The notes: generated by a model from the sequence alone, not told the origin. Numbered from the stretch's first letter, positions 28,801 through 38,519 are shown. The stretch is DNA of 64,000 nucleotides from a candidate division WWE3 bacterium (GCA_013335095.1 JAAXWF010000002.1:80516-144515), one strand, 5' to 3'. Program-made: numbers and translations.

Positions 28801-30930
28801 TATGTAAATCGTTTGGGTGTTATTATTAACGACATAAGTCACTGCATGCCAATTATTGTCATTAATATCACTTACCGATGTAGCGGATCCGTTTGAAGAT
28901 CCATCAATCGAGCAATTAATTTTATTTAAAGAGACACCATCTATCCGACAATACAACTGATCAAAGCTTATGGGAATACCTGAAGTTGCCGCTGTCTTAA
29001 TCCAAAAGTGAATAGTCAAAAAGTTAGATGTTAAATCAAATTGATTCGAAGAAACTAGGTAATTCGAATCATTTCCATCTGTACTTATAGCATTTCCATA
29101 ATTACCAGGACTATAAGAAGCCGAGCCTTGTAAACCGCCATCGATCCCATTTCCTGATTTATCACACGTATCATTAATCCCACCGGTACAGCTATTAGCT
29201 GCAGTTTCATCCATCGGCCAATATCCTACAAGCCCATCAGAAAGTGATTTGTTCGATCTTGATCCCATCGTCACTCCGCTTAAATTAGTACCGCCGGAAT
29301 CATACAATGCAACTATTTGAGCAGGTGAGAGAACGGCAGAATATAATTGGACCTCATCAAAGAAGCCTTGCCCGTAATTTGAGCTTATTTGTGCTATTTT
29401 TAACGCTGTTGCGTTTATCCCTGTAGCTGTAGTAACAACAACATGATTCCAACGATTCGTTTGAATTGTCGATGAGATTTTTCCATTCACATAAATGGTT
29501 GGAGAAATAAAACCAGTTGCAGACAGGGTCCCTGAAGATGATTGAATGTAGGCTGAACCATTCAAATCAATAAACTGTTCGGATGCAGTCATTGGACGAA
29601 CCCAAAAGGCCGCAGTTTTAACACCAGATGTTGTTTGTGCCGACGTAACGACATCATTACTACCATCAAAATATAAACATTTTCCCGAAACACACAGATC
29701 TTCTGATTGCCATGTGGCACCATTAATTGAACCCACCACATTATTTGAACCAGAGTTATTCACCGTAGTCCCAAATCCTTCATCAAATGACAGTCGAACT
29801 TCTGGATCAGTTGGGGATTGTGGAACCGAAACCGTTTTAATAAATGACGATGGGTCGTTTTGATTGGCGTATTCAGTCGCAACCCAATCCGATGACAGTT
29901 GATTATTAGAAACCCGTACTTCATCTAACTGACCATCAAAGTTCCAACCACTATAAAACATAATTGCTCCAATCCGAGCCGCACCTGAACCGATGTAATC
30001 GGACGGCGCAGTATCAGATGCAACCGAAACACCGTCTCGATAAATATTTCTTGCATTTGTTGCTGCGTTGTAGGTGCAATTCCAATAATGCCAATTTGTA
30101 TCTGTATACGTTGGGGTATCTAAATCGTTCGAGTAAAAAGCAAATGTAAATGTATTTGAGTTTCGAAATCCTATGTGAAGAGAGCCGTTTGTGACAATAC
30201 TGGCAACTTGACCAACAACAAAATCATAGTCATTAATAATGTCTCTTTTTGCCCAAAAGCTAATTGAGAATGAATTACTCGCAACATTGATTGCTGAAGA
30301 ATCGTTTATTTCGTCATCACTGCCGTCTAGATTTAGACCGTTACCAACTCTCGCTGAAACAAGTTGCGATGACAACATAGATCCTGAAGTCGTACCATCA
30401 TTATTTTGTGATGTAGAATCCTGCATTTGGGGTGCCGTTCCACCTGGATCTTCCTTTAAATGCCAAACGCTTAAGTACGAATTATTCCATGTTGCAGATA
30501 TGCTCTGCTGATTTGTAGCATTTGCATTACCATAATACATATAGATAGTAGTGTCATCGTTATAATCTAGGGTCGGTACCTCAACCCAGGCAATAAGTTC
30601 ACCGGTTGATGCATTGTATGATTCAATCTCATGGTCTAGTTTTGTAGAACCATCGCTTGAAGTAAAGACGATATCATCGCCATCTGATTGAGCTGAAGAT
30701 TTGAGATCACCATCAGTTCTATTTATTAAAACGGGAAAATTTATTAAGTCAGCAGATCCAGAAACCTTACTTTCGTCAATAACTAACATTTTTCGATATG
30801 ACCATGAGGAGTTATACCATGCAGCCTGTGCTGATTTAGGCGTAAAAAGAAAATATACTCCTGTTGCAATAAAAAGGATCAGAGAAAAAATAAAAAATAT
30901 TTTTGAAAACTTTTGTTTCATATTAGACAA
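25861..30930 (-). CDS. giant surface protein paralog 4 (1689 aa): signal-anchor, DUF2341-like N-domain, LamG/ConA-like repeats
   Basis: TM (IFFIFSLILFIATGVYFLF). The N-domain 'AAWYNSSWSYRKMLVIDESKVSGSADLINFPVLINR…IYMYYGN' is ~90% identical to paralog 5 over the first ~130 aa. Motifs are 'GYWPMDETAANSCTGGINDTCDKSGNG', 'GYWNLNDGSGT' and 'RQYCVPGDAASCNP'. Confidence 0.8.
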   Translation of the reverse strand: MSNMKQKFSKIFFIFSLILFIATGVYFLFTPKSAQAAWYNSSWSYRKMLVIDESKVSGSADLINFPVLINRTDGDLKSSAQSDGDDIVFTSSDGSTKLDHEIESYNASTGELIAWVEVPTLDYNDDTTIYMYYGNANATNQQSISATWNNSYLSVWHLKEDPGGTAPQMQDSTSQNNDGTTSGSMLSSQLVSARVGNGLNLDGSDDEINDSSAINVASNSFSISFWAKRDIINDYDFVVGQVASIVTNGSLHIGFRNSNTFTFAFYSNDLDTPTYTDTNWHYWNCTYNAATNARNIYRDGVSVASDTAPSDYIGSGAARIGAIMFYSGWNFDGQLDEVRVSNNQLSSDWVATEYANQNDPSSFIKTVSVPQSPTDPEVRLSFDEGFGTTVNNSGSNNVVGSINGATWQSEDLCVSGKCLYFDGSNDVVTSAQTTSGVKTAAFWVRPMTASEQFIDLNGSAYIQSSSGTLSATGFISPTIYVNGKISSTIQTNRWNHVVVTTATGINATALKIAQISSNYGQGFFDEVQLYSAVLSPAQIVALYDSGGTNLSGVTMGSRSNKSLSDGLVGYWPMDETAANSCTGGINDTCDKSGNGIDGGLQGSASYSPGNYGNAISTDGNDSNYLVSSNQFDLTSNFLTIHFWIKTAATSGIPISFDQLYCRIDGVSLNKINCSIDGSSNGSATSVSDINDNNWHAVTYVVNNNTQTIYIDGIAEHTASESRNYSSNLLFIGRDSLIGTPTSANFDELRIYNRALTSNDVMALYHFAPGPIGYWNLNDGSGTVAQDLSGNANDGTLTNLPADPWVSSKVSKGVQFSGSDDRIVVNNNALLRPQRLTVSAWIKFDSSMHTAWKEAGIISDQDWNNQAGYSLHLNTDGSGTSTFARFRVLYGSGSTTAVSATLLPDTWYFLTGTYDGSTVNIYVDGILSGTNNYTGAISYVGASNLWFGAEPWSPTMVIPGIIDDVRIYNYAQTYDQILADMHGASTNDPVVPVSAGYWKFDEGNSTTANNSGSDGSSINGSLNGFSSPASASSGWTNSGKFDKALKFDGVDDYISIPDRDIFSPSWNEGLTVSAWFNADSIASGSRTYLVTKGTTDNYEWGLGFYGTSNAYCEAWTAGGNNHLGAGGGEGYITGVNVTTGSWHNLTCVIISDVRLDIYLDGELRYTDTTPAYSMSNGSSTVDIGRRSDGADNEFDGTIDDVHIFNSPLSSDQVKNLRNQSSSLTLGSLSTASNGTTTSNSSDRQYCVPGDAASCNPPVAVWSFDDGTGSSIKDRSGNNRDATLVDSSTVGQWEPGKIGKTYTMAGNDSADVATFSNLNLGTSNTISLWFKHQESSNNDAVLVGNSPGIYGVYIDSIGSSGNIYYSPALGEAVAVSHSGFTANRWYHLEIARQSSSVTFYVNGVMQGSTQTLSNGTTSLVVNSLFNHGSGGIFPLSGSLDNVLLYDYARTPAQVAWDYNRGLPVAHWKLDETSGSTAYDASGNAFNGTFTNTPTRTTLGHISSAVTFDGIDDNINAGSPTALDNLNMVTVAAWINPTSYGEGGFGRIVDKGTDPVSSSGWGLFVCSDGGILCNNNSLGFFINFGGANWGWWSTPTNSISLSQWTHVAVVYNRSSASNDPIFYINGKLVSTTENNTPATSASDDSSRDVIIGSRSATDRTFTGTIDDVRIYNYPLSQLQVQTALNDNASVRF

Positions 30931-30937
30931 ATGAAAG

Positions 30938-33900
30938 TTACTTAAACTTTACCGCTGAACCTTCATTCATAACCAGTTTAACCTGTTCGGCAGTCAATGC
31001 ATAGTTATACATACGAACATCATCGATTGAACCTTCGGATAATGCTTTATATGTTGCATCGGTTGGCACGAATGCTCCTATATTCATGTTTGATGATGTA
31101 TCTTCCATACCGTTATATGTGCCTTGGGATGATGTACTAAGAACCTGATCCTTACCATTTACATATAAAGCTATTCCCCCCCCATTGTTACTACCATCAT
31201 AAGTTGCAGCGAGATGCGTCCATTGATTTTGATAGTTTGATAAATTACTCGTGGTATATGCAAAGATTTGATTGGCACCGGATGTATCGAATAATGCCAA
31301 CTCCAGCTCCCCAGAAATACCTGGTGATGATGGGGCCGTGTCAAAAGACCACTCCAAATTGCTGGTAGCATTATCTCCTTTACTTGCAATCACAAAATCA
31401 GAGGTATCTCCCATATAAACCCATGCTGTTATAGAAAAAGGTCGATCATCTGACCCATCTCCAAACGACAAAAGATTACGATCACCGATAAGTACATAAT
31501 CGTTAATCCCATCAAATGAGATGGCACTGTTGTACCTACCCGATGTTAATCGTGTCGGCGAATTAGTCAGTGTGCCATTTGAACTGTTGCCCGAAGCATC
31601 ATATGCCGTAGTTCCAGACGCCTCATTAAATTTCCAATAACCAACAGGATCACCTTGGTTATAATCCCAAGCGATTTGAGCTGGAGTACGGACATAGTCG
31701 TACACTCTTACCGAATCAATTAAACCATCAAAATGACGAGTAGCCTCGTTCGGACTATTTCCAATATCCCACGTGTCCGTCGAATTTGATAAACCTCCGC
31801 TCCCATGAACAAAGTTGAAGCCGACAGGCCGACCATTTACATAAAACATTCCCGAACTGGTGCCATTGTTATAAACCATCGTTACGTATTGCCATTGGTT
31901 AAGAACCACTGAGTTAGCATCTGAATTGAAAGAATGCGCTGGTCCTAAATTAACTCTTAAGCTGTCGTTATAATAGGTTCCGTCATCAAGAATAAAACTT
32001 GGTCCGACACCCCAACCGGGAGAAATAATGAATCCAAACCCACCGCCACCAAATGTGCGTGGATAAATCCAGGCACTCATCGTTATTTGGCCTGATCCAC
32101 TCGCAATATTTCGCAATGAAGTGGTCATATTGGTAATATCAACATGATCTGCGGCCGACTCTCCAGTAAAGTTGCCCGCTTTACCAACCTTGCCTGGTAA
32201 AAATCGAGGTGAACCACTACCGGTCCAGGTACCGTTGCTCCCTCCTCCAGTAATGTCGTTAACAACAGATCCCGTACCTTCATCAAAACGCCATTCGGCT
32301 ATCGGAGGGCTACATGTTGTAGTATCTCCAGGGACACAATACTCCCGCGAAGAGCTGTTTGATGCCGTTGTTCCTGTTGATGTAGTAGAGCTTGACCCCA
32401 TCGAAATTGCTGATCCACCTCGAAATTCTTCCATAATTTGATCTACGGTTAATAGCGAACGATATACCTTTATTTCATCAACATCACCAAAAAATTCGTT
32501 ACCATCATCAACTCCAGTGCGATCACCAATCACCAGTGACGTTGAGTTTGCTAACGTACCCGTTGCAGAAATCGAAGTATCTTCACTAATAAGTCGTCCA
32601 TCAATAAAGATCTGAATTTTAGACGTACCATTTTTCATTGCGACGACATGATGCCAGTTTCCGTCATAGATATCGCGTCCGACATCACCAGCGCTATCAT
32701 CGGGTGACCAGGTCGCATCATCATCAATGCCAAACACTAAATCGCCATCAGTTTGAAAATATAATGCATATCCTTGAGTTGTTCCGTTTGATTTACTCAG
32801 CAAATATTCTGTCGAGGCGGGGTTTGTTGCGCTATCTGATTTAAACCATGCACTAATCGCAAGATCTTCTGCAGCCGAAAAGTCAAAATCATTATCATCG
32901 GCACGAGATACCCAATTAGCGCCAGTTCCATTCCATGATTTACCCAGTTTCCCATCCATTGCCCACGATACGTTAGAGAGTGTTAAATCGTTATCAAGAG
33001 AACTCGAGTCATTTGAGGTTGTGCCATACCCTTCGTTAAATTTCCAATACCCAGCAGTTCCGGCTCCACTTCCTGTAATCGGATGTCCAGCATTCATGTC
33101 TTCAATTATTTGCCGAGCTGTTCGTGCATAGTTATAGATTTTGACGTCATCAACGATTCCATCAAGATCACGGCTACCATCGGCACGTTCACCAATACGT
33201 ACTTGTGCAGTACCGTTTGTATACGATCCAGATGGGGTGGTACCAGTTGCAATGTTTACGCCGTTTACGTACAACCGAAGCTCCGGAATAGATAAATTAG
33301 CAGTCATAGCGATATGGTTCCATGCCCCGACTGTAAATGTATTCGATGTGCCCAGAGCTGTTAAGTAATCTGCACCCGATGACGTTGTAAGGTATGCCCT
33401 TACTGAGTTATTACTGTTATCAACACGGATAAACCATTCATAATTACTGCCAGCCCCTTTGCTGATCGGTTCAATCAGCGAGGTTAATGAATCAACATAT
33501 ACCCATCCCATTACGCTAAGTTGGTTTGTAGTATTCACCGAAAAGGCATCATTATCAGCAATGCTCACGCTATCGTTTACCGCATCAAAGTCTAAGGCAG
33601 CTCCATATTTGCCCGTGACCCAATCGTCCGATGAAAGACTATTCATCGTACCGGTAAATCCGTTTCCCGAAGAGTCATACACACTTGTCGTACCGGTTTT
33701 TTCATCAAGTTTATAATAGGCGATGGGGTCAGGGGCCCAATTATAAAGCTGTTTGGCTTCAGCAGAAGACAGGTAGCGATTATATATCCGTAGTTCATCC
33801 AGATCCATATCGTAATTACCCCAGGCACCATCATTTCGACCACTGACTGATAATGAAGCCGTATTAGCTATTGCGGCAGCTAATCCATCACCAGAATCCC

Positions 33901-36130
33901 AAATACCATCTTGAACTTCCCCATTAACATAAAAATGAGCACTGTTAGGATTGCCAAATTCATTTGTAAAAACAACAAAGTACCAAGTGTTTAAATTTGC
34001 AATTGGGTCTGATGTAGTCAAATATTTATGGTAATCTGCACCATCGTAATAAGAAAATTCAATATTCTCATAATCAGGTGATAATGAATAGTTAATTGAA
34101 GCATCCCATCCTTTGTATAAATAGTGTGACATTGGAGTACCGTCGCTCCCTCTCCTCAACCACATTGCCAGGGTAATTTCCTGCGTGATATCTAAAGAAT
34201 TACTATCAGGAAATACCAGACTATCACCAGAGCCATCGAAAGAAGTACCATTTCCATACTTTGCTGAAAAGGGAGCAGCACCTCCATTCCAATAGCCATC
34301 ATTCAAATTTCCAGAAACATCGCATGTATCATTTACTCCGCCAGTACAAGTATTCGCCGAAGTCTCATTCATCGGCCAATACCCAACTAAACCATCCGAA
34401 AGCGCGGTGGCATCTTTTGCTCCGAATTGTGTAGAAGCAGTACTACCATTTAATGAAGAATACAGTGCTTTAACCTCTCCAGCCGAAAGGACTGAAGGAA
34501 ATAAAGAGATTTCATCAAAAAAGCCTTGTCCATAGTTACTACTAATCTGACCTATTTTAAATGCAGTGGAGTTAATACCTGTATTAGTCGTAACAACTAT
34601 ATGATTCCATCGGTTGGCCGATATCGTAGTTCCTGGCTGACCGTTTATATAAATCGTTGGAGAAGTGAATCCCGTCGCTGATACAGTTCCAGATGACGAT
34701 TGGATATATGCCGAACCATTCAAATCAATATATTGTTCCGATGTTGTTGAAGGTCGAACCCAAAACGCCACACTTTTTACTCCCGAGGTTGTGGTTGCGG
34801 TAGTTACAACATCATTAGTACCATCAAAATATAAACATGAACCTGAAAGGCATAAATCAGAAGAACGCCAAGAAGCGCCACTTATTGTTCCGATAATTCC
34901 ATTCGTGCCAGAGTTATAAACCGTTGTTCCGTTCCCTTCATTAAAAGAAAATCGAAGTTCGGGATCGTTTGGCATTTGCACATCTGAAACCGATTTAAAG
35001 AAACTGGTAGGATCACTTTGATTAGCGTATTCGGTTGAAATCCAGTCAGCTGAAAATGCAGTATTCGTGACGTGGAGCTCATCAATACTTCCGTCCAATT
35101 CTTCGCCTCCCGAGCTTACAACTTGTCCAATATTGTAACTAGTAGCACCAGATTCATCATCCCAAAAAGTAGTCGATGATGCTGAACCCGATTCATAACT
35201 GACCGATTGGGCAACTCCATTAACGTAAAATGTATTACCCGTGCCATTTACCACATAAGATACGTAGTACCATCTATTTGCCAATATAGGAGTAGTCGTA
35301 GCAGAACCACGAAGGCCATCACTTGACCAAATATGAAAATTCCCCTGATAAATTCCGAACTCGAACCAATTCGGAGATGGTCCAGACGAAAAAATTCCGT
35401 GCATTTTGTTTAATGGGCCTTTTACATAAATCCATGCCGAAATGGTTCCTTGAGAAAGGGCATCGTACGCATTCCCATTTTCCAGGTCAATGTAATCAGT
35501 TCCACTAGCATCAAAGTCTATCGCGTTTCCAATTTTACCTGTAATTAAATCACCTGATGTTAATCCAGAAATTGCATTCCCATCGTTGCTGGTTGAAGTA
35601 CTATCTTTCATTTCGGGAGAACTTCCAGTCGGGTCTTCCTTAAGATGCCAGACACCAGCATAATTTGAATTCCATGAACCAGTACTATTTTGCTGGTTAC
35701 TCACCGACGAATTCCCATAATACATATACACGGTGGTGTCGTCGTTATAATCCAATGTTGGTACCCTAACCCAAGCAATGAGTTCGCCTGTTGATGAGTT
35801 GTACGATTCGATTTCATGATCAAGTTTTGTCGATCCATCACTCGAGGTAAAAACAATATCATCACCATCAGATTGAGCATTAGATTTTAAATCGGTATCT
35901 ATTCGTGAAACCAGCACCGGAAAATTTATAAGATCAGATGATCCCGAAACTTTTGATTCATCAATAACTAACTTTTTTCGAAACGACCAGCTAGAGCTAT
36001 ACCACGAAGCTTCGGCTCGATCCGGGGTAAAAAACATATAAATACCGGTGGCGAAAAAACCAACCAAACAAATGATAAAAAATATTCTTTTTATAATCGG
36101 TGGGAAAAAACGTTTGACCATAGTAGGCAA
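30938..36130 (-). CDS. giant surface protein paralog 5 (1730 aa): signal-anchor, DUF2341-like N-domain, LamG/ConA-like repeats
   Basis: TM (IFFIICLVGFFATGIYMFF). N-domain 'ASWYSSSWSFRKKLVIDESKVSGSSDLINFPVLVSR…VYMYYGN'. Motifs are 'GYWPMNETSANTCTGGVNDTCDVSGN', 'YNYARTARQIIEDMNAGHPITGS', 'REYCVPGDTTTCSP' and 'GYWKFNEASGTTAYDASGN'. It is separated from paralog 4 by only 7 nt. Confidence 0.8.
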   Translation of the reverse strand: MPTMVKRFFPPIIKRIFFIICLVGFFATGIYMFFTPDRAEASWYSSSWSFRKKLVIDESKVSGSSDLINFPVLVSRIDTDLKSNAQSDGDDIVFTSSDGSTKLDHEIESYNSSTGELIAWVRVPTLDYNDDTTVYMYYGNSSVSNQQNSTGSWNSNYAGVWHLKEDPTGSSPEMKDSTSTSNDGNAISGLTSGDLITGKIGNAIDFDASGTDYIDLENGNAYDALSQGTISAWIYVKGPLNKMHGIFSSGPSPNWFEFGIYQGNFHIWSSDGLRGSATTTPILANRWYYVSYVVNGTGNTFYVNGVAQSVSYESGSASSTTFWDDESGATSYNIGQVVSSGGEELDGSIDELHVTNTAFSADWISTEYANQSDPTSFFKSVSDVQMPNDPELRFSFNEGNGTTVYNSGTNGIIGTISGASWRSSDLCLSGSCLYFDGTNDVVTTATTTSGVKSVAFWVRPSTTSEQYIDLNGSAYIQSSSGTVSATGFTSPTIYINGQPGTTISANRWNHIVVTTNTGINSTAFKIGQISSNYGQGFFDEISLFPSVLSAGEVKALYSSLNGSTASTQFGAKDATALSDGLVGYWPMNETSANTCTGGVNDTCDVSGNLNDGYWNGGAAPFSAKYGNGTSFDGSGDSLVFPDSNSLDITQEITLAMWLRRGSDGTPMSHYLYKGWDASINYSLSPDYENIEFSYYDGADYHKYLTTSDPIANLNTWYFVVFTNEFGNPNSAHFYVNGEVQDGIWDSGDGLAAAIANTASLSVSGRNDGAWGNYDMDLDELRIYNRYLSSAEAKQLYNWAPDPIAYYKLDEKTGTTSVYDSSGNGFTGTMNSLSSDDWVTGKYGAALDFDAVNDSVSIADNDAFSVNTTNQLSVMGWVYVDSLTSLIEPISKGAGSNYEWFIRVDNSNNSVRAYLTTSSGADYLTALGTSNTFTVGAWNHIAMTANLSIPELRLYVNGVNIATGTTPSGSYTNGTAQVRIGERADGSRDLDGIVDDVKIYNYARTARQIIEDMNAGHPITGSGAGTAGYWKFNEGYGTTSNDSSSLDNDLTLSNVSWAMDGKLGKSWNGTGANWVSRADDNDFDFSAAEDLAISAWFKSDSATNPASTEYLLSKSNGTTQGYALYFQTDGDLVFGIDDDATWSPDDSAGDVGRDIYDGNWHHVVAMKNGTSKIQIFIDGRLISEDTSISATGTLANSTSLVIGDRTGVDDGNEFFGDVDEIKVYRSLLTVDQIMEEFRGGSAISMGSSSTTSTGTTASNSSSREYCVPGDTTTCSPPIAEWRFDEGTGSVVNDITGGGSNGTWTGSGSPRFLPGKVGKAGNFTGESAADHVDITNMTTSLRNIASGSGQITMSAWIYPRTFGGGGFGFIISPGWGVGPSFILDDGTYYNDSLRVNLGPAHSFNSDANSVVLNQWQYVTMVYNNGTSSGMFYVNGRPVGFNFVHGSGGLSNSTDTWDIGNSPNEATRHFDGLIDSVRVYDYVRTPAQIAWDYNQGDPVGYWKFNEASGTTAYDASGNSSNGTLTNSPTRLTSGRYNSAISFDGINDYVLIGDRNLLSFGDGSDDRPFSITAWVYMGDTSDFVIASKGDNATSNLEWSFDTAPSSPGISGELELALFDTSGANQIFAYTTSNLSNYQNQWTHLAATYDGSNNGGGIALYVNGKDQVLSTSSQGTYNGMEDTSSNMNIGAFVPTDATYKALSEGSIDDVRMYNYALTAEQVKLVMNEGSAVKFK

Positions 36131-36260
36131 TACAAAACGACTAAATTAACTATAGCACAATTTATAGAGATGAAGTGGGATAATTGGCTTTCATCTCGAT
36201 AAAAAGTCACCTACCAACATTTCAAACCGATGGTAATCAAAACTGCTACAATAATTAAAT

Positions 36261-38480
36261 ATGACGCCACCTCGGATAGAAAGATTTAAGCCCGATGACG
36301 AATTTGAACCCGGTGAGCAAGAGGCTAAAGAACGAGAAGTTGGCGGTGAGGAAAGACGATCTCCAGTAGAAGGTGTTGATATACACGAAGAAGAAATATT
36401 AAACGATCAAATAGCACAGCAAGAAGACCGACTTGAATTATTGCAGCAGGAAGCCCATACAACCGAGGACCGACTCGCCGCGGCAAGAGCAGAACTGGGA
36501 ATAGAAACAGCTGACCCCATAACGAATCGAACAAATGCCGAGATCAATCATATTCAAGAGACATTAAAACTACTTAGATATAAACTACTAACCGTAAGAC
36601 TACGAAAACCAGAACAAACACCAACACGGGATGAAAAAGAGAAAGAACCGCGCTTACCAAAACAACCAGTAGCAACAGAAAAAGAACTTTATGCAAATCT
36701 TGGCCGAATATTAGATGCAAAACAACGAATAATATTCAATCAAATTTATCGAAGAACTCTAGGTTGGCCAACAGAAAAAAATCTCGAAGCAATGGCAGGA
36801 TTGGAGAATTGGCAATCATTAGGGTGGGAATACTATGTACTATCCGGGCGGGAAGGTTTATACAAAATGAACTTTCCGATGGTTATTGAACGTGATCCCG
36901 GAAAAACAACGCCTGTTGATAGAGCAAGTAGCTTGGCGTCTGGTGCATTAGAGTTTGCTCATCAAGTTAGAACCGGAACACTACCGCAGGAAGTAATACC
37001 GGCAACATCAACATCCCCCGAAACACCACTCGATGAAACTCAATACGCAAGAATATTTGGATCATCACGAATGCCAGGAGAACGAGTAGATAGCATCCAA
37101 CTTTCTAAAAATAATCCGACTCATTTTTTGGTTAAGGTTAAAGGTCATTATGTCAGGATCGAAGGATTCCGTGATGATGAACCAATTCCTGCTGAAGAAG
37201 TAAGGGCACAAATTGCTGCAGCGGTCGAATCAATCAACGATTTACCAGACGCACCACCAATCGGTGCGATCACCGCGGGGAACCGAAAACGAAACTTTGA
37301 ATTTCGACAACGAATACAGAGCTCGACGGCGAATCAGGAACTCCAAGATGAAATTGACCAATCACTTTTTGTCGTATGTATAGATCCCGAATCGAAACCA
37401 GATACGCTTGCCGATGAAATGGCCGAAGTAAGAGACAGCAAAGGGAAAAACCTAGGAAATCGAGAGTATAATAAAGGACTTCAAATTATTGTCAGCGGAT
37501 CGGATGAAAGAGGAGCATCAGCTGGATTTTCATTTGAACATGCACTTGTAGATGGAACTGTCGGTGGACGATTTGCTGTAGATGTATCACGAATGGCCCG
37601 ACGTATCGAGTATCAAGGAGAACCACAACGAGCAGAACAAATTGAAATTAAAGATTGGGAATCGTCTCCTCAACTCGCTGAAATGGCTCAAGCAGCACAG
37701 GCTGAGGTAGAAAAAAAATTGGAAAACAGTGATGAAACGACCTTTGAACTTGAGGGTGATTGGCTAGAGCGTTGTAAACAATTTGGTATAAAAGGTGATA
37801 CGGCATTTCAGATGGCGCTCCAAATTGCAGAGTATATGAAATATCGAAAGCCGATCTCGAATTCTGAACAAGTTAGTCTGCGAGCGTTTGAAAAAGGTCG
37901 GATTAATCCAACAGGCGTGACAACTCATGGGGTCAAAGAATTCTTGCGTGATTTTGGTGAAGTAATATCAGCAGTAGAACACGTTGAAGAAGACGGGGAC
38001 GTTGAAAAAGCCATACGCCAACCAGCATATGCAAAGCGCCTCGGACAGGCTCTGGCCAAAGCAATTCAAGATCATGAGAAAACTATCGATCTTGCCAAAT
38101 CCGGAAAAGGCGTAGAAACTCACTTAATGGCTCAATGGGCGGCATTAAACCCTAGCAATCCGAGTCTAAACGCCGAGGCTCAAACCGCAGCAGATAACCT
38201 TTTTCGAAATCCCGCGATGGGTGTACGTTCATTCCTACAACCTATTTTAGTTAGTTCAAACTTAAGACCACGTTCCGATCGTGGAGAGGTGGTTGCGGCA
38301 GGGACAAAGCCTTCTCGAAGTAAAAGAGGAAATCTGTCATTAGGATATTTATTACAAGGTAGAAAAATCTCGGTAAATGCCCGCACCGAGGGTAAGATGA
38401 AGGATCATGCCGAAGATATTAGCCACTATCTTGAATCGGCGCTTAATATTGTCGCTGAACTTGCTCCATATACTCAATAA
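36261..38480 (+). CDS. choline/carnitine O-acyltransferase family (Carn_acyltransf-like) protein with ~150-aa acidic coiled N-extension
   Basis: 'YARIFGSSRMPGERVDSIQLSKNNPTHFLVKVKGHYVRIEGFRDDEPIPAEEVRAQI' parallels the family region '…Q..kiFstcRiPg...Dsi.....+.p.HivV..rg.fy.l.v...dG.pl...ei..Ql'. 'GFSFEHALVDGTVGGRF' matches the catalytic-His motif hEHxxxDG of carnitine/choline acyltransferases. GC is visibly higher (~45%+) than the flanks. Confidence 0.55.
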   Translation: MTPPRIERFKPDDEFEPGEQEAKEREVGGEERRSPVEGVDIHEEEILNDQIAQQEDRLELLQQEAHTTEDRLAAARAELGIETADPITNRTNAEINHIQETLKLLRYKLLTVRLRKPEQTPTRDEKEKEPRLPKQPVATEKELYANLGRILDAKQRIIFNQIYRRTLGWPTEKNLEAMAGLENWQSLGWEYYVLSGREGLYKMNFPMVIERDPGKTTPVDRASSLASGALEFAHQVRTGTLPQEVIPATSTSPETPLDETQYARIFGSSRMPGERVDSIQLSKNNPTHFLVKVKGHYVRIEGFRDDEPIPAEEVRAQIAAAVESINDLPDAPPIGAITAGNRKRNFEFRQRIQSSTANQELQDEIDQSLFVVCIDPESKPDTLADEMAEVRDSKGKNLGNREYNKGLQIIVSGSDERGASAGFSFEHALVDGTVGGRFAVDVSRMARRIEYQGEPQRAEQIEIKDWESSPQLAEMAQAAQAEVEKKLENSDETTFELEGDWLERCKQFGIKGDTAFQMALQIAEYMKYRKPISNSEQVSLRAFEKGRINPTGVTTHGVKEFLRDFGEVISAVEHVEEDGDVEKAIRQPAYAKRLGQALAKAIQDHEKTIDLAKSGKGVETHLMAQWAALNPSNPSLNAEAQTAADNLFRNPAMGVRSFLQPILVSSNLRPRSDRGEVVAAGTKPSRSKRGNLSLGYLLQGRKISVNARTEGKMKDHAEDISHYLESALNIVAELAPYTQ

Positions 38481-38510
38481 AAAACCGCCAAAGAAGGCGG
38501 TTTGGCAAAA
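38481..38510. terminator. bidirectional rho-independent terminator between convergent genes
   Basis: A perfect hairpin aaccgcc-aaagaa-ggcggtt (38483-38502) is flanked by A-run upstream and T-containing tract downstream. Read on the - strand it is followed by TTTTTTATT, which is strong for the - gene 38520..39179. Confidence 0.5.
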
Positions 38511-38519
38511 TAACGGCAG

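Noticed and set aside
8614-36130. Diversity-generating retroelement (DGR) acting on the lectin-fold giant proteins
   Set aside because: No reverse transcriptase ORF and no template-repeat/variable-repeat pair with adenine-specific mismatches was found in or near the array. The inter-paralog similarity is explained by ordinary paralogy and gene conversion.
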